Shown: positions 1 through 10,022, counted from the first letter of the stretch. The stretch: DNA of 64,000 bases from Thermoanaerobaculia bacterium (GCA_963664405.1 OY761158.1:4704001-4768000), one strand, 5' to 3'. Numbers and translations: made by a program. Notes: generated by a model from the sequence alone, not told the origin.

Positions 1-146
1 ATCGCGTTGGAGACTGCAAGGGTTGCCAGCGCGCGAGTGGTCACTCCGGAGCCTCGCCGATAAGGGGTCTCGCCAACGCCAACGATCGCGTACTTGTCGC
101 GAAGAAATCGCGGAGTGGTGGTCTCGATCTCGTGCGGCTGCTTCGT
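1..146 (-). CDS. N-terminal part of a thiolase-like (SCP2/lipid-transfer type) protein, running off the window
   Basis: Manual translation of the minus strand gives ...FLRDKYAIVGVGETPYRRGSGVTTRALATLAVSNA, the typical N-terminus of this thiolase subfamily. There is no ATG/GTG/TTG between the upstream in-frame TAG and the motif; an ACG at 146 follows GGAAG. Start uncertain. Confidence 0.6.
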
Positions 147-199
147 GGCTTTCTACTTCCTGAGCGCGAGGTTACTACTACAAGGCTCCGGGGCTCAAA

Positions 200-412
200 G
201 ACCGCTATCTGCGCGCATTCGATGTCGAGACCGGCGAGGAGCTCTGGAAAGGTCGCTTACCCGCGGGCCCACAGGCCACGCCGATGACCTATCGGCTACG
301 GCCGGACAGCCGACAGTTCGTGGTCATCGCCGCTGGCGGTCACGATCGGTCGGGGACAGCGTGCGGCGATGCGCTGGTGGCGTTCGCGCTGCCGAGCTCA
401 GGCGGCGGATGA
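200..412 (+). pseudogene. Isolated C-terminal fragment of a PQQ-dependent glucose/quinate-type dehydrogenase
   Basis: Reads DRYLRAFDVETGEELWKGRLPAGPQATPMTY...QFVVIAAGGH...GDALVAFALP*. An in-frame TGA at 161-163 lies upstream and there is no N-terminal part. Confidence 0.8.
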
Positions 413-423
413 TCTCAGGCCCG

Positions 424-567
424 CTAGGGAGTCTGCGCGGCAGGAAACGAGAGCGTTTTCCGAAGCGAATAGGAAGCAAGTCCCGAGTGCGCCGTCCGCG
501 GCGCCAAAAACAACTAGGTGGGGCGCGCCTAGCGGAGGAAATGATAGCAATCATTTCTGGAGCCTAG
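424..567 (+). repeat. Family-A CTAG-bounded repeat, copy A1 (diverged)
   Basis: CTAG at 424-427 and 564-567. Shares GCGAATAGGAAGCAA, GAGTGCGCCGTCC.CGGCGCCAAA and the GGAAATGAT..ATCATTTC hairpin with A2-A5. Confidence 0.85.
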
Positions 568-695
568 GAGCGTGTCCGAGTATTCGGCCAGAGCCGTTTC
601 CCGGAGCGAATAGGAAGCAACGCCTGAGTGCGCCGTCCTCGGCGCCAAAAGACAACTAGGCGGAGGAAATGATAGCCATCATTTCTGGAGCCTAG
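564..695 (+). repeat. Family-A CTAG-bounded repeat, copy A2 (tandem with A1)
   Basis: CTAG-GAGCGTGTCCGAGTATT...ATCATTTCTGGAGC-CTAG; very similar to 30345-30477. Confidence 0.9.
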
Positions 696-698
696 GCC

Positions 699-2261
699 TC
701 AAATGACGTTGCGCTGGTGGTCCTTCCAGTAGGGCTCGCGAAGCTCGCGTTTGAGAATCTTGCCCGATCCCGTCTTCGGCAGCTCGTCGAGGAAGGCAAT
801 CGAGCGGGGGATCTTGTAGCTGGCGAGATGCTCGCGGGCGAAAGCGGCAATCTCGTCGCTACCCAGGTCATGCCCTTGGTTGACGACTACGATGGCATGA
901 ACGCTCTCGCCCCACTCGTCGCTGGGGATACCGAATACGGCGGCCTCGTAGATGCCGGGGTGATGCTCGAGAGCGGCCTCGATCTCGGCAGGGTAGATGT
1001 TCATGCCGCCGGAGATGATCATGTCCGTCTTGCGATCGCAGATGAAGTAGAACCCCTCTTCGTCGACGTAGGCGATGTCGCCGACGGTGTGGAAATCACC
1101 GAGCGTCTCAGCCTCGAACTTGTCGTGGGCCTTGTGGTAGGTGTCGAAGATGCTGGGACTGCGCACGTAGACCTCGCCTGGGGTCTTCGCTGCGGTTACC
1201 TCAGACTTGTCCTCGGTGATCAGTCTGACGTCGACAAGAGGCGCCGGCTTGCCGCAGGAGCCAGGCTTTCTCAGTTGGTCCTTGGGCTCGAGCACCATAT
1301 TGATGCCGAGCTCGGTGGAGCCGTAAACCTCCCACAATGACTCGGGCGGAAAGTCCTCGACAAAGGCCTGCTTCAGCGGGAAGGGCCAGGGGGCGGCGTT
1401 GGCGACCATGATGCGCAGGCCCGAGCGATCGTAGCGAGCCTTGACCTCCTCTGGCAGGTTACAGATCCGGCGAATGGGAGTCGGCGCCGAGAAGGTGGTG
1501 GTGACGTGGTACTTCTCGAGCAGTCGCAGCCAGTCTTCGGCCTCGAAGTGGCGCTGCACCAGGCAGGTGTTGCCGAGCAGCGAGGCGATTCCCATGAACC
1601 CTCCGGGCCCGGAATGGTAGAGGGGCCCTAGGGTCAGGTAGATGTCGTCGGGAGACATGCCGAGTAGCGCGACCATGGCGGTGAGCTGCTCGGGGTTGCC
1701 CTGACCGGTACGCACGGCCCCCTTCGGGTTGCCGGTGGTGCCGGAGGTGTAGATCATCGTGCGCGACTCCTCCTCCTGCGGCGGAGGCTCGTCTTGCGAG
1801 GATCCCACCACGAAGTCGCTCGCGGCCACCATATCGGGGCCGGGCTCGCCGCCGAAGACGACCACCTGCTTCACCTTCGGGGTCTGCTCCCGTATCTCCT
1901 CGAAGAGGTGTGCGAACTCGGCGTCGGTCCACACCAGCACGGCGTCGGAGTTGTCGACTATGTAGGCCGCCTCGTCGGCAGAGAGGCGGTAGTTCATGGG
2001 AACAGAGGTGGCGCCACACTTTCTGGCGGCATGCCCCATGAGGGCGACCTCGAGCGAGTTCATGCCGCACCAGAGCACGCTCTGGCGGGGACGAACGCCA
2101 GCCGTCATCAGAGCGCGTGCCAGTTGATTGGCTCGCTGGTTGAGCTCGCGGTACGACCATTCTCGCACCCTCCCGTCCGGGTGGTCCTCGATGATCGCCG
2201 GCTTGTCGGGGTGATTCTCGGCGTGCTGGGTGAGGAAATCGACAGCGGGTGCGTCTGGCAT
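699..2261 (-). CDS. Acyl-CoA synthetase (AMP-forming, class I adenylate-forming enzyme)
   Basis: Motifs IYTSGTTGNPKG, VYGSTE, GDIAYVD, DRKTDMIISGGMNIYPAEIE, LPKTGSGKI. Start placed at ATG 2261 (MPDAP). Confidence 0.93.
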   Translation of the reverse strand: MPDAPAVDFLTQHAENHPDKPAIIEDHPDGRVREWSYRELNQRANQLARALMTAGVRPRQSVLWCGMNSLEVALMGHAARKCGATSVPMNYRLSADEAAYIVDNSDAVLVWTDAEFAHLFEEIREQTPKVKQVVVFGGEPGPDMVAASDFVVGSSQDEPPPQEEESRTMIYTSGTTGNPKGAVRTGQGNPEQLTAMVALLGMSPDDIYLTLGPLYHSGPGGFMGIASLLGNTCLVQRHFEAEDWLRLLEKYHVTTTFSAPTPIRRICNLPEEVKARYDRSGLRIMVANAAPWPFPLKQAFVEDFPPESLWEVYGSTELGINMVLEPKDQLRKPGSCGKPAPLVDVRLITEDKSEVTAAKTPGEVYVRSPSIFDTYHKAHDKFEAETLGDFHTVGDIAYVDEEGFYFICDRKTDMIISGGMNIYPAEIEAALEHHPGIYEAAVFGIPSDEWGESVHAIVVVNQGHDLGSDEIAAFAREHLASYKIPRSIAFLDELPKTGSGKILKRELREPYWKDHQRNVI

Positions 2262-2376
2262 GGAAATGAAGGCCTCCTTTACCGTTCCTTTTCGCGACGT
2301 CGAACCAGGCCCGACATTATGACCCGGAACACTATCGGTAGAATGCCTTATGTGATTGAAAGTGTTCAAGGTGGTG

Positions 2377-3291
2377 ATGGCGATGGCGCAGTCTGAAATT
2401 TTGGTCGGCACCGAGCGGGGCCTATTCCGAGTCGGCTCGACGATTGCAACGCTGCTGGAAGGGCATCGTGTCTCGGCACTGGCGCGGTCGGAGAGAATGT
2501 GGGCGGTCGTGGACGAAAGCGAGATCTGGTGTGCCGACGACGCCTCGGGAAGCGAGGGCTGGCGCCGGGTCGATGCGCTCGATGGGCTCACGGGGCACTG
2601 CCTGCTGGCGGATGGTGCCGGCGTCTACGTGGGTACGTCGGAGGCGCATCTCTATCGCGCGACAGAAGCGGGCCTCGAGCGAATCGAGGGTTTCGACGCT
2701 GTCCCTGAGCGGCACTTCTGGCACACTCCATGGGGCGGACCGCCGGGAACCTGGAGCATGACCGCCGCCGCGGGCGAAGTCGTCGTCAACGTCCACGTCG
2801 GTGGCCTCGTCCGGTCCACCGACGGCGGCGAGTCGTGGCAGCAGACGCGGCTCGACATTGCCGACGATGTCCACCAGGTTCACTTCGACCCACTACGCGG
2901 GCGTTTTCTGGTGGCCGCGTTTCGAGGCTACGGAACGAGCGACGACGGGGATGAGTGGTCCTATTCCAACGAGGGCCTACATGCCCACTACCTCCGCTCC
3001 GTCGCCACTGGCAACGAGACGGTGTTCGTAGGTGCGTCCCGCGGTCCCGGTGGTCAGGAGGCCGCGATCTACCGGAGACCTGCCGACGGCGCGGGTCCGT
3101 TTGTGCGATGCGAGATCGGGAGCGATCCGTGGCTGCCAGGCAACGTCGATGCGCCGGCTCTTGCGGTCGAGGGCAAGAGCGCCGTTGTAGGTACAGAGGC
3201 AGGCGAAGTACACGCGAGCCGCGACCAAGGAGAGTCCTGGTCGTGCGTCGCGCAGGAGCTGCCGCCGGTGATTACCGTGGCTCTGGTGTAG
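2377..3291 (+). CDS. BNR/Asp-box beta-propeller protein (WD40/YVTN-like)
   Basis: Three Asp-boxes (STDGGESW, SDDGDEW, SRDQGESW) and a WHTPWGGPP motif. Start is 2377 or 2383. Confidence 0.8.
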   Translation: MAMAQSEILVGTERGLFRVGSTIATLLEGHRVSALARSERMWAVVDESEIWCADDASGSEGWRRVDALDGLTGHCLLADGAGVYVGTSEAHLYRATEAGLERIEGFDAVPERHFWHTPWGGPPGTWSMTAAAGEVVVNVHVGGLVRSTDGGESWQQTRLDIADDVHQVHFDPLRGRFLVAAFRGYGTSDDGDEWSYSNEGLHAHYLRSVATGNETVFVGASRGPGGQEAAIYRRPADGAGPFVRCEIGSDPWLPGNVDAPALAVEGKSAVVGTEAGEVHASRDQGESWSCVAQELPPVITVALV

Positions 3292-3314
3292 CCAGTCGCG
3301 GGAACTGCCGCTAC

Positions 3315-5603
3315 CTAACCACTGCCCGGCTGCGTCGCGTCGCAGGTCTTGAACGCCTGTGTATCCGGCGGGAAGAAGAAGTCGCCCCCCCGGGGGTTGT
3401 CGATTCGGTACACCTGCCCCGTCCAAGTGTCGCGGATCAGGATCACCGTCTCTGCGTTAGTGGCCCCGGCAGCGAAGACCCAGAACGAACTGAAGCCGCT
3501 CGAACAGGCGTCGACCATCTTGACGAAGATCTCGCCGTTGCCTTCCTCGAAGGAGTAGAAACTGACCGCTTGGTCGGTTTCTGAGCTCTCTCCATCGTAG
3601 TGCTGGATCATGCCGGAGAAGAGATCCCCAGGACCATCGGGCGGGTTCGCGAAGTCGCGCATGGTGACGGTCACCTCGAAGCGACCACCCCCATGGCCGA
3701 TGCTGCCCCGTCCAAGCACTTCGTCGCCAACTGATCCGTCGAGGAGGCAGGCGGTCTGGTTGTTGCGGAAACACGGATCCGTCGACCCCGGTGGAGGCTC
3801 GCCCTCATCTGTGGTTGCCTTGGCCTGATTCGAGTAAGGCGAGTCGGCGGAAGCATTGCGGGCGCGGACCCGGAATCGATAGGTGGTGCCCGACAGAAGC
3901 TCGGTGACGGTCGTACCGATCGAGTTCGCAGCAACCGAAGCGAGGTCCCGAAAGGCGTTGCCTGGTGGCTTCATCTCCACCCTGAACTCGTTCTCGTTGG
4001 CAGAGTTGTCTTTCCAGTTGAGCTCGATCTCCGATGTCGAGATCGCAGTGGCCTTCAGTTTGGACGGAGCTGTTGGAGCTGCTCCCCCGTCGTCCGGGTC
4101 GTCGAACGAGTAGTCAAAGACATAAACCGCTCCAGCATCCGGCATCGAGTTGTCATGCGGGTCGCCGTTGCTGCCGGTGGCGTTGCTGTCTTCCAGGAAA
4201 GCACCGACCACGATCGTGTCCTCGGAAATGTCTACGGACCTGCCAAACCGGTCATCAACGCCAGTAACGGTGGCCTTGAGATAGGCCTGCTGGCTCCACA
4301 CCGTGCCCTCACGGGTAAACACATACGCCGCCCCGGCCTCGGGCACTGAATTGTCGCTCTGATCGCCGTTGACGCCGGTGGCGTTGCTGGACTCATGATT
4401 CGCACCGACCACCAGCGTGTCGTCGAACATGCGTACCCAACGGCCGAAGAAGTCAGCGAGGCCGGGATTGGAGGCCTTGAGATAGGCCTGTTGGCTCCAT
4501 TGTGTGCCGCTACGGGTAAAGACATACGCCGCCCCGGCTTCGGGCACGGAATTGCTACTCTGATCGCCGTTGCTGCCGGTGGCGTTGCTGGCCTCCTCCC
4601 AAGCACCGACCACCAGCGTGTCATCGGAAAGGGCTACAGAAACGCCAAAGGTGTCACCGACCCCAGTATTAGAGGCCTTCAGATAGGTCTCTTGGCTCCA
4701 CACCGTACCGTTACGCGTAAAGATATACACCGCCCCGGAATCGCGCACTGAATTGTTACTCTGATCACCGTTGCTGCCGGTGGCGTTGCTGTCCTCTCGA
4801 TAAGCACCGATCACCAGTGTGTCGCCGTAAATGGCGACGGACTGGCCAAAGATGTCTAGACTCTCGGTATTGGAGCCCTTGAGATAGGCCTGCTGACTCC
4901 AGGTCGTGCCGCTGCGGGCAAATACATACGCTGACCCCGTACCTTGTTCTGAATTGTTGGCACCGACCACCAGCGTATCGTCGTCAATGGCTACGGAATA
5001 GCCAAAGGCAGCATTGGTCGCAGTGGTATTAGAGGCCTTGAGATAGGCCTGCTGGCTCCATTGGGTGCCAGTGCGGGTAAATACATAGGCCGCCCCGATA
5101 TATTGAAAGGTGTTATCGCTCTGATCGCCATTGACGCCGGTGGCGATGCTGGCCTCTCCCTGAGCACCCACCACTATCGTGTCGCCGGAAATTGCCACAG
5201 ACCAGCCGAACAGGTCCCCGCCATCGGTATTGGAAGCCTTCAGATAGGCCTGCTGGCTCCAACTGGTGCCATTACGCACGAACACATACGCCGCCCCGGA
5301 ATACGCCGCTGAATTGTCGCCCTGGTTGCCGTTGACACCGGTGGCGTCGCTGAACTCCTCACGGGCACTGACCACCATCGTGTCACCGGAAATGGCCAGG
5401 ATTCCAAATTTGTCCCCAGGATTGGTATTGGAGGCCTTCAGATAGAGCTGCTGCTCGAATCTGGACCCGATGCGGAGTTGGGGGCCTTGTGCCTGCGTGG
5501 AGGAAAGGGTGCCCGCCGGCGTTAGTAGCGCCACACTCGAGAGGCATAGCACGGTGTGTCCGGCGCGGCCTCTCCATCGCACCGCGTGTCCCCTCATCGC
5601 CAC
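3315..5603 (-). CDS. Secreted FG-GAP (integrin-alpha-like) repeat protein with FN3 domain and Cys-containing C-terminal domain
   Basis: About seven WSQQAYLKASN..D.FG.SVAI.GDT.VVGA repeats, an FN3 domain (APSKLKATA..IELNWKDNSANE..YRFRVRA) and an N-terminal signal-like stretch. Confidence 0.88.
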   Translation of the reverse strand: MAMRGHAVRWRGRAGHTVLCLSSVALLTPAGTLSSTQAQGPQLRIGSRFEQQLYLKASNTNPGDKFGILAISGDTMVVSAREEFSDATGVNGNQGDNSAAYSGAAYVFVRNGTSWSQQAYLKASNTDGGDLFGWSVAISGDTIVVGAQGEASIATGVNGDQSDNTFQYIGAAYVFTRTGTQWSQQAYLKASNTTATNAAFGYSVAIDDDTLVVGANNSEQGTGSAYVFARSGTTWSQQAYLKGSNTESLDIFGQSVAIYGDTLVIGAYREDSNATGSNGDQSNNSVRDSGAVYIFTRNGTVWSQETYLKASNTGVGDTFGVSVALSDDTLVVGAWEEASNATGSNGDQSSNSVPEAGAAYVFTRSGTQWSQQAYLKASNPGLADFFGRWVRMFDDTLVVGANHESSNATGVNGDQSDNSVPEAGAAYVFTREGTVWSQQAYLKATVTGVDDRFGRSVDISEDTIVVGAFLEDSNATGSNGDPHDNSMPDAGAVYVFDYSFDDPDDGGAAPTAPSKLKATAISTSEIELNWKDNSANENEFRVEMKPPGNAFRDLASVAANSIGTTVTELLSGTTYRFRVRARNASADSPYSNQAKATTDEGEPPPGSTDPCFRNNQTACLLDGSVGDEVLGRGSIGHGGGRFEVTVTMRDFANPPDGPGDLFSGMIQHYDGESSETDQAVSFYSFEEGNGEIFVKMVDACSSGFSSFWVFAAGATNAETVILIRDTWTGQVYRIDNPRGGDFFFPPDTQAFKTCDATQPGSG
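4150..5450. repeat. Intragenic FG-GAP coding repeats
   Basis: Recurring GAGATAGGCCTGCTGGCTCCA and CCGGTGGCGTTGCTG units at roughly 140-200 bp spacing, in frame with the host gene. Confidence 0.8.
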
Positions 5604-5615
5604 CGACTTCCGAAC

Positions 5616-6359
5616 CTATCGGGTTCGTGTCACCGTGATCGTCACTGGGTTGGATGTCGGGAAAGTGCCCTCGCCGCTGCAGGAGAAATTCCTCGTCTTC
5701 TTTTCAACTCCGAAAATGCTCCACCCGGTCATGGTGAGGTCATGGCTGTCACCCACCGCCCCCGACGGCGGCCAGGGCTTGCCCAGCTCTAAGTACCCCT
5801 CCATTTCGAGCCCATAGTCGAGCGCCGAACAGGGGTCATCGTTGGCGCAAGCTGTGAACCTATTGAGATCGGCTTGGGCCAAGCCTTTTCTTGAATAAAG
5901 GGACGCGCTGTCCTCGAGGATGACCACTATCCCTGCTTCCGGGAAACAGTTCGCTCCCCCTGGAAATTCGGTCCTAAAGTGGTGGATATCCAGTTCGCCG
6001 ACTCCTGGGACACCCTTGCTGACTGTTCCGCCGTTGGGGGTGGATTCATACCAGTCCTCTCCACTAAGGCTCTCCCCTCCCGAAAGATTTCCACCTGTCA
6101 GCGCCCCAAGGAATCTCACAGCGTACCTGCGGATCACTTCTCCTCCCGTGTCAGCGCATTCGTTCGTGGGGTCGTTGTCGTCGCAGTCGGGTTCCCCCCC
6201 ACATCTCTGGCATCTTCTTTGTTGCTTGAAGAGCCCGTCACCGTCCCGATCACAGAACGCCCCCGGAAGACACCGTTCCTGTGCTACTACCGGGGCGACA
6301 CCGATCGTCATCGCTCCCACCACCGTCGCGAGAATCAGAATCCAAAGTCTCTTGCTCAT
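5616..6359 (-). CDS. Secreted cysteine-rich hypothetical protein
   Basis: Signal peptide MSKRLWILILATVVGAMTIGVAPVVA, a CDRDGDG...DCDDNDP Ca-binding-like motif and about 10 Cys. Start is 6359 or 6365. Confidence 0.65.
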   Translation of the reverse strand: MSKRLWILILATVVGAMTIGVAPVVAQERCLPGAFCDRDGDGLFKQQRRCQRCGGEPDCDDNDPTNECADTGGEVIRRYAVRFLGALTGGNLSGGESLSGEDWYESTPNGGTVSKGVPGVGELDIHHFRTEFPGGANCFPEAGIVVILEDSASLYSRKGLAQADLNRFTACANDDPCSALDYGLEMEGYLELGKPWPPSGAVGDSHDLTMTGWSIFGVEKKTRNFSCSGEGTFPTSNPVTITVTRTR

Positions 6360-6555
6360 GTCCATATCCTTTCTGTGGCGTGCTGGCCGCACAGACCCCC
6401 CGTCGTCTGGGATTCCCTAACGGCAGTACGCCTCTCAGGATGTCGATCCCCAGCCCGACAGACAAGCGAAAAGAGACGACGAAAGGCGAAAAGACGCGAC
6501 GAACCGGGGTCTAGCCACGCGGGGCGGCCGCCTTCGGCCGTCTTGGTAGACTCTG

Positions 6556-8808
6556 ATGTACAACATGAGTTCATCGAGCGGGAGTGAGAATCGCGCCGGC
6601 GGCGAGGAGCGGCTGGAGTCCTGGAAGGAGGTCGCGAGCTACCTCGGCAAGACGGTTCGGACCGTCCAGAGGTGGGAGAAGCACGAAGGCCTGCCAGTCC
6701 ATCGGCATCAGCACGACAAGCGGGGCACGATCATCGCCTATCCGGCGGAGCTCGACCGGTGGTTGAACAACCGTAGCGAGGCGCCGGCAAGTCTCCTGAG
6801 CCGCTTCGAGGGGAGAACGCTCGGTGCTGCTGCCGTGGGCGGGTTGGTGGCGCTGACGGTGGTGGGCTGGCTCATTCTCGGGGGCGCAAGTGACGCGCCC
6901 AGCGCTCGCTCGTTGCCCTTCGAGGAGCGGGACTGGGTGCTCATCGCCACGTTCGAGAACCGCACCGGGGAGGAGATCTTCGACGGCACGGCGGAGGCGG
7001 CACTGGCTCGGGAGCTCGCCAACTCGAGCTTCGTCAATGTGGTACCTCGTCCGAGAATCGAGGATGCGCTCCAATTGATGAGAAAGCCCCCCGAGACGCG
7101 GGTCGATGCGGCTATCGGAAGAGAGGTCTGTCTTCGCGACGGGGGGATTCGAGCCCTGGTGACCGGCCGTGTTGAGAAGCTAGGTTCGGTGTACGTTTTG
7201 AGCGCCGAACTGGTGTATCCCGGCGACGGTGTCGTGGTCGCGAGCATGAGCGAGGAGGCGGCGGGTCACGAAGCCGTGCTCAAAGCAGTGCGCCGGCTCT
7301 CGAGCCAGGTGCGCGAGACCCTAGGTGAAGAGCTCACCGGGATCCAGCGCAGCGCGGAGGACTTGTTGCAGGTCACGACTCCCTCGCTGCGGGCTCTGCA
7401 GCTCTACACCCAGGCTGACGCGGTCATCGCGGGCCTGAACGACCCCGCCGCGGAAGAGCTTCTGCGGCAGGCAGTGGTCGAGGATCCCGAGTTCGCCTCG
7501 GCTTGGATCCACCTGGCGTGGGCGATCGCCAATCAGCGCCGACCGCGGGAAGACTACATGCCCCCCGCCGAGCGAGCGATGGAGCTCGCAGGCGGGGTCA
7601 CCGAGCGCGAGCGTTACTTCATCCGCGGTAGCTACTTCCACTTGGCGGAAGAGTTGCCGAATGCGAAGGCGAGCTATGAGGCACTGCTACGCCTCGACCC
7701 CGACCACTACTGGGCCGTCCACAACATTGTAGCCGTTGTGAGGAAGATCGAAGGTCCCTCGACGGGTTTCTCGGCGGCTCTGCCCTTCTACATACGGCGT
7801 ACAGAGCTGCGACCTCAATCGTTCTCGCTCAACGCCAGTACCGCCCAGACGTTGGTCCGACTCGACCGCCTTTCCGAGGCGCAGCCCTTCCTCGAGCGCG
7901 CCCTGGCGCTCGTCTCGGAGAAGGCGCACCCTCGCCTGGCTGCGTTTGTACGCCTCTGGCCGTCGCACGAGGCTTGGCTGCGGGGTGATTTGGAAGCGAG
8001 CGAGAGAGAGCTGGATCGCCAGGCGCGGACGCTCGTCTCGCGCGATAACGATCTTTTCGCTCACTACGTGGCCCTCGGATACGAGGCCCTCGGCCAGGAG
8101 AAGAAGGGCCTCGAGATCCGACGGCGCCACTACCGGCAGGTGCATCCCTTCTACCAGGGCATGTATGCATTCCAACGAGCCGACCTGGCCGGGGTGCTCG
8201 AGCACCTGACGCACTCCTACGCAGGAGTGGGGGGAGTCACACCTGCCATCGAGAGGACGGGCATTTCCATGCTCGCCCAGGCGGGCCTAGTGTCCGAGGC
8301 AAGAGAGGGCCTGGCGACGTACGAGGCGAAGTTCCCGAAATCCGGGGCATGGCCCGACATCCGGGCCGCGATAGCGCTCGCCGAGGGCCGCACCGACGAA
8401 GGGGTCGCGCTTCTACAGAGCTCTCCCCGGCAGAAGCTGAGCCCGCCCTCAACCTACGCGGGCACCTGGCTCGCCGACGCGTGGGCGCCTCAGGACAGGC
8501 TCGAGGAGGCCCTCGACGTACTCGAGGACGCCTCCCGGACAAGGCTCTTCGCGTATCCCACTCGATTGCAGGGGTGGTTCGGGGTCCAGGTTCGCCTCCA
8601 AGGACTCTACCGCCTTCTCGGTCGCGAGGCTGAGGCACGGGAAGTCGAGGACGAGCTTCGACGGCTCCTGGCTCGCGCCGATCCGGACCACTGGGTGCTC
8701 TGCGAGCTCGACGAGCTGCGCGATCGGTGCACTGCCAGCACCACTCCGCCGTGGTGGCGGAATAGCGGACCAGCCGAACTGGCCAAGCTAGACGAGGTTG
8801 GCGACTAA
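6556..8808 (+). CDS. Membrane-anchored HTH / TolB-like / TPR-repeat protein
   Basis: N-terminal RLESWKEVASYLGKTVRTVQRWEKHEGLPVHR DNA-binding-like domain, a TM helix, an ERDWVLIATFENRTGE domain, then TPR repeats. Confidence 0.85.
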   Translation: MYNMSSSSGSENRAGGEERLESWKEVASYLGKTVRTVQRWEKHEGLPVHRHQHDKRGTIIAYPAELDRWLNNRSEAPASLLSRFEGRTLGAAAVGGLVALTVVGWLILGGASDAPSARSLPFEERDWVLIATFENRTGEEIFDGTAEAALARELANSSFVNVVPRPRIEDALQLMRKPPETRVDAAIGREVCLRDGGIRALVTGRVEKLGSVYVLSAELVYPGDGVVVASMSEEAAGHEAVLKAVRRLSSQVRETLGEELTGIQRSAEDLLQVTTPSLRALQLYTQADAVIAGLNDPAAEELLRQAVVEDPEFASAWIHLAWAIANQRRPREDYMPPAERAMELAGGVTERERYFIRGSYFHLAEELPNAKASYEALLRLDPDHYWAVHNIVAVVRKIEGPSTGFSAALPFYIRRTELRPQSFSLNASTAQTLVRLDRLSEAQPFLERALALVSEKAHPRLAAFVRLWPSHEAWLRGDLEASERELDRQARTLVSRDNDLFAHYVALGYEALGQEKKGLEIRRRHYRQVHPFYQGMYAFQRADLAGVLEHLTHSYAGVGGVTPAIERTGISMLAQAGLVSEAREGLATYEAKFPKSGAWPDIRAAIALAEGRTDEGVALLQSSPRQKLSPPSTYAGTWLADAWAPQDRLEEALDVLEDASRTRLFAYPTRLQGWFGVQVRLQGLYRLLGREAEAREVEDELRRLLARADPDHWVLCELDELRDRCTASTTPPWWRNSGPAELAKLDEVGD

Positions 8809-9180
8809 AAGAGTCGCGCCAGAACCTGGAAACCGATTTTGCGCTCATCAGTGAGCGAACCTTTGATCGTGGTGAGGGCCGGGTTCTCATTCGGACGCCA
8901 TTGCTGCACCGCGATCTCATCGAGCAGATTCTTCGCGAACAGAGTCAAGGACCATTGCCCGTTGGGGAGATCCCAGATCGCGCGAGCGTCCCAGCCCGTG
9001 TACTCGGGGATCTGGTAGCGGGGAAGGTTCGAGATATCCGCGTGCTTCTCGTCTGTATAGCCGACGGTGGTGAGCAGGGTCAGGCCACCACGATTCGTCC
9101 CTAGCGCCAGATCGTAGAGCAGGGTCAACGAGTATTTGTGCTCGGGCTGCAGGGGCAATATGTTGCCCCCGAAATTGGTC
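8805..9180 (-). pseudogene. C-terminal fragment of a TonB-dependent receptor
   Basis: GNILPLQPEHKYSL...WSLTLFAKNLLDE...RKIGFQVLARLF* gives terminal beta-strands ending in Phe. An in-frame stop lies shortly upstream. Confidence 0.75.
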
Positions 9181-9208
9181 AGTCCAGCGAGGTGCTCGAT
9201 GAATTCCG

Positions 9209-9481
9209 GTGCTTGTGATCGGCTTGGAAGAGCTGATCATCGATCGGCTCGCCGCTTGGCAGTTTTGGGACTCCTCGGTCGATGCGGTCAATGCCTTTCT
9301 TCTGGTGAGGCACTCGGCAAGCCGGGCTGCGCCGCCTCGGTTGCGTGAGCTCGCCGAACGAAGCGGGGTCTCCGAGGCACTCGATGCGCTCGACGAGCTG
9401 TGCGAACGCTTTGGTGGACGCGAGCCGTCGGCGGAGGATCTCGAAGAGTGGACGAAGCATGACTTCAAGGGGGAACGGTGA
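9209..9481 (+). pseudogene. Probable C-terminal half of a DUF6036-like nucleotidyltransferase
   Basis: VIGLEELIIDRLAAWQFWDSSVD..A resembles the helical C-terminal part of these proteins. No GG/DxD catalytic N-terminus. Stop overlaps the start of the HTH gene (GTGA). Confidence 0.5.
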
Positions 9482-9834
9482 AGGTTCATCGCGCCTCCGA
9501 TCGGCGAATCTCCTTGACTCTCCCGAGGGGGCTCAAACGCAGAAAGCCCAGGAGCTTCCTCGAGTGGAAGACTCTCAAGGGATGGGGAGTGCTCCCGGAT
9601 TGGGAGGAGACACGACCGGGGTATCTGCTTCGACTCTGGCGCGAGGAGGCGGGTCTGACCCAAGAAGAGATGGGCAGCCGACTGGGCTGCTCTCAGCAGG
9701 CTGTCGCGCAGGCCGAGAGCTGGGGTAGCAATCCCACAGTGCGGTTCCTGCAGCAATGGGCTACGGCGCTGGGCTGTGAGCTCAAGATCGAGTTGCTCAG
9801 TTGCTCCAGCGCCAGCTCGGAGAGCGAGGACTAA
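9478..9834 (+). CDS. XRE-family helix-turn-helix protein (antitoxin-like)
   Basis: LRLWREEAGLTQEEMGSRLGCSQQAVAQAE..SNPTVRFLQQWATALG. Confidence 0.85.
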   Translation: MKVHRASDRRISLTLPRGLKRRKPRSFLEWKTLKGWGVLPDWEETRPGYLLRLWREEAGLTQEEMGSRLGCSQQAVAQAESWGSNPTVRFLQQWATALGCELKIELLSCSSASSESED

Positions 9835-10022
9835 CCGCCGACGCTAACAGTTTGCGGCTCTTCAACGCGCTTGGACGCTTCGAGGACCTCGACGGACACC
9901 AGGTTGCCCTCGCCGTCGTAGTCGAGAATCACACCTGGCTTGTCTTCATCGCTCTCGGCGACCGGAACCTCGCGGAGGGTGATGGTTAGCGTGTCTGTCT
10001 TGTCGTCGTAGTGAACTCTCAT
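9831..10022 (-). CDS. DUF2283-domain protein (putative antitoxin)
   Basis: MRVHYDDKTDTLTITL..VAESDEDKPGVILDYDGEGNLVSVEVLEAS. Confidence 0.88.
   Translation of the reverse strand: MRVHYDDKTDTLTITLREVPVAESDEDKPGVILDYDGEGNLVSVEVLEASKRVEEPQTVSVGG

Noticed and set aside
424-695. CRISPR array or integron attC interpretation of the repeats
   Set aside because: Units are ~125 bp without unique spacers, there are no cas or integrase genes, and no RYYYAAC/GTTRRRY ends.
4150-5450. DGR template/variable repeats in the FG-GAP gene
   Set aside because: These are in-frame protein repeats with no adenine-specific pattern noticed and no reverse transcriptase in the window.
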